Below are positions 45,713-53,374 of a DNA stretch of 64,000 nucleotides, one piece after another. The position numbers and the translations under genes are program-made. Positions within the stretch are counted from its first letter, which is position 1; every line of letters starts with the position of its first letter. The stretch is from Candidatus Latescibacterota bacterium (GTDB lineage: Bacteria > Latescibacterota > UBA2968 > GCA-2709665). The DNA is taken from positions 352,001 to 416,000 of the forward strand of contig CBDCOX010000002.1 of NCBI GenBank assembly GCA_965219995.1. The letters are read 5' to 3'. The notes under the pieces are model-generated. The model had not been told where the DNA came from. It did no database searches and was given only the letters and a program-made list of their open reading frames with translations.

Positions 45713-46906
45713 GTGGCAGAACGCCCGAAAATCGCCGCCGTCGTTACCGAGTATCGCAAGTACTCCCATGCCCAGCACATCTGCGACCGCTTTCTCGAGG
45801 GTTACGGCTGGAACGGCCGGCATCACCACCCGCCCATGGACCTGGTCTCGCTGTACGTGGACCAGCGCCCGGAAGGCGACTTGAGCGGCGAGCGGGCCGC
45901 CCGGTTTCCCGGGATGGTCATTTATCCCACCGCGGGCGATGCCCTGACCCGTGGAGGGCCGGACCTGGCCGTGGATGGCGTCCTTCTCGTGGGCGAGCAC
46001 GGACAATACGGTACGAACGACAGGGGTCAGCATCTCTATCCGCGGTACGAGTTGTTCAAGCAGATCGCGGCTGTCTACCGCACGTCGGGCAGGAGCGCGC
46101 CGGTCTTCAACGACAAGCATCTGTCGTGGCGGTGGGACTGGGCGAAAGAGATGTACGACGTTTCACGGGAGATGGGCTTCGCCTTTATGGCGGGCTCGTC
46201 GCTCCCGGTAACGTGGCGGACGCCTTCCATCGACATGCCGCTTGACGCCCGTGTGACCGAAGCCATGTGCATCGGTTACGGCGGCGTGGACAGCTACGAT
46301 TTCCACGCTCTGGAAACGCTGCAATGCATGGTGGAGCGGCGCCGGGGAGGCGAGACGGGCGTCCGGTGGCTCGACACGTTCCGGGGCGAACGCTTCTGGA
46401 AAGCCCACCATGATCGGGTCTGGTCGCGGGAACTCTTCGAGTCCTGCCTGGCGCGCAGCCACACGCTGGCGCAGCCTCGCGCGGGTTTCAGCCATGTGCT
46501 TCCCACACTGGACGAGATGAAGTCGCTCGAGGACGACCCCATCGCCTACCAGTACGAACATGGCGACGGTCTGGTATCCACAATGATTCTGCTCAACGGC
46601 GTCGTCCGGGATTTCAATTTCGCGGCGCACCTGCCGGACCGGCGCCATCCACTTTCCACCCAGATGTACCTGCCCATGCCGCCCGCGTACACGACCCTGG
46701 CGAATTTCTTCTCGCCCCAGGTCAACAACGTGGAGCAGATGTTCCTCACGGGTATCGCCACGTACCCCGTTGAGCGGACCCTGCTCACCACGGGACTCGT
46801 GGCCGCCGGGGTGGAAAGCCTGAACCGGGATCAGGCACGGGTTCAGACGCCGCATCTGAACGTGGTCTATCGGCCCAATCCCGAATCGACTTTCTGGAGA
46901 ACGTGA
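45713..46906 (+). CDS. Conserved hypothetical protein, paralogue 1 (divergent Gfo/Idh/MocA-like)
   Basis: SHAQHI.DRF, VDGVLLVGEHG.Y, PVFNDKHLS, AGSSLPV, FHALE.LQCMVERR.GGETGV; GTG start with AAGGA RBS. Confidence 0.8.
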   Translation: MAERPKIAAVVTEYRKYSHAQHICDRFLEGYGWNGRHHHPPMDLVSLYVDQRPEGDLSGERAARFPGMVIYPTAGDALTRGGPDLAVDGVLLVGEHGQYGTNDRGQHLYPRYELFKQIAAVYRTSGRSAPVFNDKHLSWRWDWAKEMYDVSREMGFAFMAGSSLPVTWRTPSIDMPLDARVTEAMCIGYGGVDSYDFHALETLQCMVERRRGGETGVRWLDTFRGERFWKAHHDRVWSRELFESCLARSHTLAQPRAGFSHVLPTLDEMKSLEDDPIAYQYEHGDGLVSTMILLNGVVRDFNFAAHLPDRRHPLSTQMYLPMPPAYTTLANFFSPQVNNVEQMFLTGIATYPVERTLLTTGLVAAGVESLNRDQARVQTPHLNVVYRPNPESTFWRT

Positions 46907-48121
46907 ATGGATCGCCGCGGAGAACAGGGTACGCCGGATGCCGCGCCGCGGCGTCTCGCCGTGATCGCCACCATTTATCGCTACCTCTCCCACGCGCAGC
47001 ATATCGCGGACCGGTTCGAGGTCGGGTACCCGTATGAAGGGCGGTGGCGGCGGCCGAACATGCAAATCGTATCGCTCTACGTGGACCAGAGGCCGGAGGG
47101 TGACCAGAGCCGGGACCGCGCAAGGGAATTCGGGTTTGACGTATACGACACCATATCCCGGGCACTTCGCTGCGGCACCGACCGGCTGGCCGTGGATGCG
47201 GTGTTGATCATTGGGGAGCACGGCGAATACCCGAGTAACGACAAGGGGCAGAAACTCTATCCGCGGTATGAATTCTTCAAGGAGTGCGTCAGGGTCTTCG
47301 AGCAGGACGGCGTTGCCGTGCCGGTATTTAACGACAAACACCTCTCCTACAGCTTTGGGAAAGCCCGCGAGATGGTGGCTGACTCCCGCCGACTCGGGTT
47401 TCCGCTTCTGGCGGGGTCGTCGCTGCCCGTGAGCTATCGGTTGCCGGACCTGGAGTTGCCGCTGGACTGCGGCATTCAGGAGGCCCTGATGGTGGGGGTG
47501 GGCGGCTCCGATGCGATGGACTACCATGCACTCGAAGCCATGCAATGCATGGTCGAACGCAGGCGGGGCGGGGAAACCGGCGTCAGGTCCGTGCAGATGA
47601 TCGAGGGCGACGCCGTCTGGCAGGCGGGTGAGGAGGGCCGGTGGTCCCGGGAACTGCTGGAAGCGGCTCTTTCGCGAAGCGATACGCCATGCGGCCTTCC
47701 CGAAGAAGACGGCCGCACGCGGGACCTCCTGAGCGCCGGAGAGCTGCCGGGTCTCGCGAAGAATCCCGCGGCCTACTTTATCGAGTACCGGGACGGCATG
47801 AGGGCGACGCTTCTCATGCTGAACGGGGCCGTGCGCGATTACTGCTTTGCCGCGCGGGTGGACGGAACCGACGCGCCGGCATCCACGCAGTTTCTCCTGT
47901 CGCCAACGCCCAATGTCACCTATTCGGCCTGCCTGGTCCACAAGATCGTGGAAATGATCGAAAGCGGCGCGGCTCCGTACCCGCCTGAACGGACGCTAAT
48001 CGTCTGCGGTATTCTCGACGCCTGTCTTACATCCAGATTGCAGGGCGAGACACACCTGGAGACGCCCGAAATCGACGTGGCCTACCAGGCGCCCGCGGAG
48101 TCTCACCACGCGCGGGCTTGA
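46907..48121 (+). CDS. Conserved hypothetical protein, paralogue 2 (divergent Gfo/Idh/MocA-like)
   Basis: Same motifs as paralogue 1; starts immediately after its stop codon. Confidence 0.8.
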   Translation: MDRRGEQGTPDAAPRRLAVIATIYRYLSHAQHIADRFEVGYPYEGRWRRPNMQIVSLYVDQRPEGDQSRDRAREFGFDVYDTISRALRCGTDRLAVDAVLIIGEHGEYPSNDKGQKLYPRYEFFKECVRVFEQDGVAVPVFNDKHLSYSFGKAREMVADSRRLGFPLLAGSSLPVSYRLPDLELPLDCGIQEALMVGVGGSDAMDYHALEAMQCMVERRRGGETGVRSVQMIEGDAVWQAGEEGRWSRELLEAALSRSDTPCGLPEEDGRTRDLLSAGELPGLAKNPAAYFIEYRDGMRATLLMLNGAVRDYCFAARVDGTDAPASTQFLLSPTPNVTYSACLVHKIVEMIESGAAPYPPERTLIVCGILDACLTSRLQGETHLETPEIDVAYQAPAESHHARA

Positions 48122-48140
48122 ACGCGCCCATCCTCGAAAT

Positions 48141-48362
48141 GCGGGAAGACGTTAGACGTAAGAGGGGAGAGGATATAAGTGCCCTGAAGGCGGGTAGAGG
48201 GAAGACGTTAGACGGGAGATTCCGTGAATGCCCTAAATGCGGTGAGACGGTAGAGGTGAGACGGTAGAGGATGTGATCGCACGGTGCGGATTCATTTCTT
48301 GCCGGTGGCATTGAGGAAGAATCAATCGGGCAAGGACGTCTTCTCCCGTCTCACGTCTCCCC
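48141..48362. repeat. Heptamer-based array (three 49-bp periods) with inverted heptamers downstream
   Basis: Blocks of four G(G/T)NAGA(C/G)-like heptamers at 48141, 48190 and 48239; reverse-complement heptamers at about 48337-48362. Confidence 0.7.
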
Positions 48363-48477
48363 GTTTTCTGGCTTTTCATCAAGGGAATGGGGACGTTGGT
48401 GGGCGGGCAAGCTTTCATTTCACGTTAGCCTGATGGACCGATTGCGAGATGTACGTCGAACACACGGGAGGTGTGCC

Positions 48478-49575
48478 ATGAAAATGCAGGCATCGGTACT
48501 GTTGGAACCCCTCAAGCCCCTGGTCGTGGAGGATCTGGATCTTGAAGGGCCGAAGCAGGACGAAGTCATGGTGCGGATGGTGGCCAGCGGGGTCTGTCAC
48601 AGCTGTCTGCACGTGGTGGACGGGGGCTGGAAAGGGTTTCCGATGCCCATGGTGCTCGGCGATGAAGGGTCCGGTGTGGTCGAGGAGGTGGGGCCCGGCG
48701 TAACGAACGTGAAGCCGGGCGATCACGTGATTCTCTCCTGGGCGCCCACCTGCGGGCGCTGCCACTACTGTGTGACCGGGTTGTCGCACCTGTGCGAACG
48801 CGGGGTTCCGTCCAACGGCGTGTTGATGGATGGCACCTCGAGAATGAAATTGAGGGGTGAAACGGTTTACCATTACGGGCCGGCGTGCAGCTTTTCTTCC
48901 TATTCCGTGATGCCGGCGTCGTGCGCGGTGCCCATTCGCCAGGAAATGCCGCTCGACGTGGCCGCGCTTATCGGGTGCTCTGTCATGACCGGCGTGGGCT
49001 CGGTCATCAACACCGCCGCGGTGACGCCGGGAGAGAGCATGGCGGTTTTCGGCTCGGGCGGCATCGGCCTGAACGCGGTCCAGGGCGGCACGCTTGTGCA
49101 GGCCCACCCCATCATTGCGGTGGACATCAATCCCGCGAAGCTGGAATACGCGAAGTCGTTCGGCGCCACCCACACGATCAATGCCGCGGAGGTAGATCCG
49201 GTGGAGGCGATCCGGGACATTACGGGACGCGGGGCCGACCATTCGTTCGTGGCCGTGGGAGAGCCGCGGGTGATCAACCAGGCGTGGGACTGCCTGGCAT
49301 CCCGGGGTCAGTGCGTGCTGATCGGGCTTCCGCCGACCGGGTCCTCGGTGACGTTCGATACCGGCAACCTCCAGTCGAACGAACGCATCATGCGGGGCTC
49401 CAAATACGGAAGCGCGCGGACGTGGGACGATTTTCCCAGGATGGTCGAGCTCTACCTGGCAGGAAAACTCAAGATTGACGAACTGGTGACACGAAAATAC
49501 GGCGTGGATGAAGCGAACGAGGCGTTTGATGCGCTCACGGCAGGCGAGGTGGCTCGGGGCCTGATCGTCTTCTGA
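48478..49575 (+). CDS. Zn-dependent alcohol dehydrogenase (class III-like)
   Basis: GVCHS, LGDEGSG, CGRCHYC..C, IGCSVMTG, GSGGIG; GGGAGG RBS. Confidence 0.92.
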   Translation: MKMQASVLLEPLKPLVVEDLDLEGPKQDEVMVRMVASGVCHSCLHVVDGGWKGFPMPMVLGDEGSGVVEEVGPGVTNVKPGDHVILSWAPTCGRCHYCVTGLSHLCERGVPSNGVLMDGTSRMKLRGETVYHYGPACSFSSYSVMPASCAVPIRQEMPLDVAALIGCSVMTGVGSVINTAAVTPGESMAVFGSGGIGLNAVQGGTLVQAHPIIAVDINPAKLEYAKSFGATHTINAAEVDPVEAIRDITGRGADHSFVAVGEPRVINQAWDCLASRGQCVLIGLPPTGSSVTFDTGNLQSNERIMRGSKYGSARTWDDFPRMVELYLAGKLKIDELVTRKYGVDEANEAFDALTAGEVARGLIVF

Positions 49576-49603
49576 TCAGGGTTGAATGGGCGGCACTCAG
49601 GAA

Positions 49604-49667
49604 CCGGCGCGTTAGTCCTGAGCCGCTCCCTGAGCTTGTCGAAGGGTCGGCGAAGTGTCGGCGCCGG
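49604..49667. repeat. REP-like element with nested CCTGAGC..CGAAG unit
   Basis: CCGGCGC..CCTGAGC[CGCTCCCTGAGCTTGTCGAAGGG]TCGGCGAAG..GCGCCGG between convergent genes. Confidence 0.65.
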
Positions 49668-49673
49668 GCCTGT

Positions 49674-50591
49674 CTATTCGTTCGATCGGTCGTCCCGCCA
49701 GGACGGCTCGGTCCACGTATTCTGCCAGTTCCATTTCCAGAGCACCCGCTTCGAAGGCAGTTCCACTTCGTATTCCACCCCCGCCGTGAAGGGCAGCACG
49801 CGGGTTCTCTTTCCCACGGCCTCCCGAATCCATTCAATGAACGCGCCAACGTCCGTGACGTCGGGCGGCCAGGTTCCGTGCGGGATCGGGTCCGATGCGC
49901 GGTCGGTGCGGTAGTGGATGGGTATCAGGAATTCCGGCTCGATGGCGTCGATGCATCGGACAAGCTTGTCCGTGCGGTCCTCCCCGCCCCACTCCGTGAG
50001 TCCCATCTTCATATGGATAAGGTAGGTGACCCTTCCGCGCAGCTTCTCAAGCGCCGGGTAGGGTTCTGTGAGGTCCCCCGTGTGCAGAAATGAGACGCCG
50101 GGGTCCCGGACGGTGACGAGGTATCCGCAGTTGGGCAGGTCCGGCCTCTGGTTTTCACCGCTTTCGATGATGTCCACTTGAATGGGGCCGAGGTCCAGTT
50201 CGAACGGGCCGGGAAAGACGCGGGATTCTCCGCCGCCGTGGCTCAGGTGCCGCGGATAGACAATCTGCACGATGTCGGGGTCCAGGTACCTGGTAATGGG
50301 CAGGTCCCTCTCGAACGCGGCGTCGCGATATTTTTCATCAACCGGTTGATCGGGATCGCAGCAGCCCGGGCTGACGAAGATCTTCTTAAAGCGATCACCG
50401 CGGCAGAGCCGGCGCAGTGTAGCGGGGTGGCAGTGGTCGAAGTGTTCGTGGCTGATGAAGATATAGTCGAAGTCGGGCGAGGCGCCTGCCAGGTGTTCCC
50501 CGAACAGGTACGGGTCGAACGCGAAGTTGACCGCGTCGGTCCGGACCTCGAATCCGCCGCAGCCGGTCCATTTCAGAAAAATCGGGTTCAT
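49674..50591 (-). CDS. MBL-fold metallo-hydrolase (UlaG-like)
   Basis: FDPY, SHEHFDH, LHTGD, IPIHY. Confidence 0.88.
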   Translation of the reverse strand: MNPIFLKWTGCGGFEVRTDAVNFAFDPYLFGEHLAGASPDFDYIFISHEHFDHCHPATLRRLCRGDRFKKIFVSPGCCDPDQPVDEKYRDAAFERDLPITRYLDPDIVQIVYPRHLSHGGGESRVFPGPFELDLGPIQVDIIESGENQRPDLPNCGYLVTVRDPGVSFLHTGDLTEPYPALEKLRGRVTYLIHMKMGLTEWGGEDRTDKLVRCIDAIEPEFLIPIHYRTDRASDPIPHGTWPPDVTDVGAFIEWIREAVGKRTRVLPFTAGVEYEVELPSKRVLWKWNWQNTWTEPSWRDDRSNE

Positions 50592-50607
50592 GGGTTACTC
50601 GCTCTTG

Positions 50608-50835
50608 CGATTCGACTTATTCAATAAACGGAACTAACATGGATGGACAGGATGGACAGGATGAAAACAAAAGCAGGAAGAACGCTGCCTGTCACGGAAT
50701 TCGCCGTTAAATCCTTCCACACTGGACCGCGTAACACAACACTGACCAACCCGGATTCTTAACCGCAGAAACTGCCGCGGTTTTTGTACAATATGTTCTT
50801 CAATTAAAATACCAGTTTTAGTGAATTATCCAGGG
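50608..50835 (+). mobile_element. MITE-like element, copy 2
   Basis: AACTAACATGGATGGACAGGATGGACAGGATG..AAGCAGG..ATCCTT..CTGACCAA collinear with the reverse complement of 27289-27540; ends GTGAATTATCCAGG. Confidence 0.7.
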
Positions 50836-50955
50836 GGATTGAGTCACATCTGTCCAGGTTCGGTTTCAGACCTTGACGTCATTGCCCTTTGCGTCTGCAA
50901 TAAAGCTGCGAAACTGGTGACCCGATTGTGGTAGTTTCCGCTGTGGTTTTAGACG

Positions 50956-50984
50956 TTCTGTGCCTTTTGTGCTTTTTGTGGCTA
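50956..50984. repeat. Short 9-mer tandem repeat (TTTTGTGCY)x3
   Basis: TTCTGTGCC TTTTGTGCT TTTTGTGGC. Confidence 0.55.
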
Positions 50985-51117
50985 TTGTCTTTCTTTACAG
51001 TCGCGGATGACCGTGATGTCTCCTCAATGAAATCGGGCGACGGTCCGGACAACATATCGATCGCGAATCGGAAAGCAAAGCACGGAATGGGGTGCGCCCG
51101 TGGCACGAAGCGGCGAC

Positions 51118-51666
51118 ATGGGTGTTGAGTCGAATCGCGAGGCATCTTCCCGCGTTCGGCCTTCCGGGCGCCAATCCGGTCTCACGATCTCCCTCTTCGT
51201 CTACGGCACCCTGAAGCGCGGTTACTCGAACCACGACGGCTACTGTCGCGGCGTGTTGGCGATTGAGCGTGCCCTGGTCAGGGGACGCCTGTATATCAGG
51301 CCCGATCGGATCCCGTTTCTCAAGGTGCCCGAACCGGACATCCTCGCCATTGGAACCGCCGATCCCCGGTCCGATGCGGCGGAGCAGCAACGGCTCGCAA
51401 CTCATCACTTGCCCGGAGGGCTACACGGTCCTCTAACCGGCAGCCGCGACGTCGTACGCGGGGAATTGCTCGTATTCGACGATCCTGAAACCCGCCTGCC
51501 CGCCATCGACCGCCTGGAAGGCTTCCGCCCCGGCGGTCGAAGTCTGTACCGCCGTGTGCTCGTGCCGGTACGGGTGAAAGAATCGTTCACAGTCGCCTGG
51601 ACTTACGCGGTGGAGACGAAACCGCTCGATTGGCCGAAACTGGGATCCGGGTGTTGGGCGGGATGA
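51118..51666 (+). CDS. Gamma-glutamylcyclotransferase (AIG2-like) protein
   Basis: LFVYGTLKRG..NH, V.GEL, IDRLEG, LYRR..V, AW.Y. Confidence 0.85.
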   Translation: MGVESNREASSRVRPSGRQSGLTISLFVYGTLKRGYSNHDGYCRGVLAIERALVRGRLYIRPDRIPFLKVPEPDILAIGTADPRSDAAEQQRLATHHLPGGLHGPLTGSRDVVRGELLVFDDPETRLPAIDRLEGFRPGGRSLYRRVLVPVRVKESFTVAWTYAVETKPLDWPKLGSGCWAG

Positions 51667-51840
51667 TTGCGTTACGCCTCACGTGCAAGTGGCGAAGTGA
51701 TAGAGTGACTGCAATCCCAATGGATCCCCTTGAATTTGCATGCGCAGTTTCCGCTACATTAGATGGAAACTTGCAGCCCGCCACGGGCGAAACAGGATCG
51801 GTTAGGACCGATGGGATTCACCTGCTGAAATAGGGCGCAC

Positions 51841-51883
51841 TTGACGTGAGGCGTACTAAGCCATAAATTTCCCTAAGGGAAAT
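51841..51883 (+). promoter_or_regulatory. Promoter with palindromic operator upstream of the Phd-type antitoxin
   Basis: TTGACG-N17-TAAATT overlapped by the palindrome ATTTCCCT-A-AGGGAAAT (51867-51883). Confidence 0.6.
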
Positions 51884-51911
51884 CCAGGGCCGTTCTCAAG
51901 AGTGTCACACG

Positions 51912-52146
51912 ATGCCAGTTTTCGACGTACATAAGGCGGGATATCAGTTATCCAGCCTATTGGTGAAAGTAGAAGCCGGTGAAGACGTCGTGATTACCCG
52001 AAACGGCGAACCGGTCGCGCGGCTTGTTCAGGATAGGAAGCGCCTCGGTGCACGGCGATTTGGCGCGATGAAGTGGAGGGTTGTGGTGAGCGAAAGACTT
52101 CATCGAGCCGTTGCCAGAGGCGGAGTTGGCGTCTTGGGAGTCGTAG
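51912..52146 (+). pseudogene. Phd/YefM-family antitoxin, frameshifted
   Basis: VH.A..QLS.LL..VEAGEDVVITRNGEPVARLV; the typical tail DFIEPLPEAELASWES* is in another frame after about 52095. Confidence 0.75.
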
Positions 52147-52311
52147 CTTGGCTGTCTCACAATCCAACCTTCAACTGATACTGTGGCAGACTGTTTCAAC
52201 ACACTTCGCCTGGTCGAAGCAATTCGCTCGGGCCAATTACATTACCGGACCAGAAAACGGAACGAGGTCTGGGAAGTTCTGACGCAGGAGGCGGTTTTGC
52301 ATGGACGAAAC

Positions 52312-52659
52312 ATGGACAGCGAGATGACCCAGGTGGCCGACACGCTCATCGACCGGATGGTACGAGCTATCGTCGACGAAGTCCATCCGGAGCAGGTGAT
52401 CCTCTTCGGCTCCCGCGGACGGGGAGACGAGAGCCAGGATTCAGACGTGGATCTGCTGGTCGTAGAGGCCGAACCCTTCGGCCCGGAGCGAAGTCGCCAC
52501 GAAGAATTGGTCAGACTCTACCACGCGCTGGCGGGCTTTCCTGTCGCAGCCGATGTCCTTGTTTATTCTCGCGACGACGTCGACTACTGGCGCGGCTCGC
52601 TCAACCACGTGCTGGCACGGGCATTGCGGGAGGGCAAGGTGCTCTATGAGCGACGTTAA
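52312..52659 (+). CDS. Minimal nucleotidyltransferase (MNT) antitoxin
   Basis: ILFGSRGRG....DSDVDLLVV (GSx10DxD), ALREGKVLYE; start uncertain. Confidence 0.88.
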   Translation: MDSEMTQVADTLIDRMVRAIVDEVHPEQVILFGSRGRGDESQDSDVDLLVVEAEPFGPERSRHEELVRLYHALAGFPVAADVLVYSRDDVDYWRGSLNHVLARALREGKVLYERR

Positions 52660-53032
52660 GTGCGCCAGGATGCTAATCGGTGCAGCCGAACGCGATATCG
52701 CCGCGCTCAGATTCATGCGGGATTCGGATGAGATCTCCGATGAGGTTTTCGGTTTTCACGTGCAGCAGGCCGCCGAGAAAATGCTCAAGGCGCACCTTGC
52801 TCTTCTGGGCATGGAGTACCCACTCACACACAATATTGAAGCACTCCTTGACCTTCTCGCCGAGCGTGGCATTCCTCCTGAACCCTTCGGGAAACTAATC
52901 GACTACACGCCCTACGCCGTCGAATTTCGCTATCAGGGTATCGGTCCGGATGCCGATCCGATCGATCGCGACGGCGCTGTGAGGCTTGTAGAAATGCTGC
53001 TGGACCAGGTGCGGCAGTTCTTGGCGGAATGA
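52646..53032 (+). CDS. HEPN domain protein (MNT-HEPN pair)
   Basis: FHVQQAAEK.LKA.L, THNI..L, YAVEFRY; overlaps MNT stop codon. Confidence 0.88.
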   Translation: MSDVKCARMLIGAAERDIAALRFMRDSDEISDEVFGFHVQQAAEKMLKAHLALLGMEYPLTHNIEALLDLLAERGIPPEPFGKLIDYTPYAVEFRYQGIGPDADPIDRDGAVRLVEMLLDQVRQFLAE

Positions 53033-53374
53033 TCGGGCGTATAATGGAATTGGTTTCAGCGGATGTGTTTTATTCTGCCGGTGCGCCTCCGCCTTGAACG
53101 TAGTTAGATCGCCCTCCCGGCGCTTTGATCAGGGTCGACATCAGATGAAGCCGTAGTTTGACGAGTCCATGCCGAGACCGCTCGTGGCGTACTTTCCGAG
53201 ATCACTCCAGATACTTACGGTCCAGCGTTTGGGTTGGAAGGGACGATCGAATGGAGATCTCCTATCGGACCCGCCTTGGCAGACGCGACCGCGACGATAT
53301 ACAGCGGGAGTTCGATCCCGCCAGCCGACGCCACACACTGCATGGGCAATCCAGCATCCCGTAGGTCAGTGTAA

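Noticed and set aside
46163-47941. 592-aa antisense ORF (also 2688-4286, 14763-16139, 32058-33275, 44481-45689, 61826-63181)
   Set aside because: Shadow ORFs opposite well-supported genes in high-GC DNA; no motifs
48141-48270. Possible CRISPR array
   Set aside because: Units are degenerate heptamers, linkers resemble each other, only three periods, and no cas genes
53300-53333. tRNA-like 3' end GCGGGAGTTCGATCCCGCCAGCCGACGCCA
   Set aside because: T-arm geometry is wrong and no acceptor, D or anticodon arms can be folded upstream; not supportable as a tRNA or att site
53162-53374. Open frame without a start codon ending just before the helicase ATG
   Set aside because: No start codon, RBS or recognisable motif; may be a gene remnant but cannot be supported
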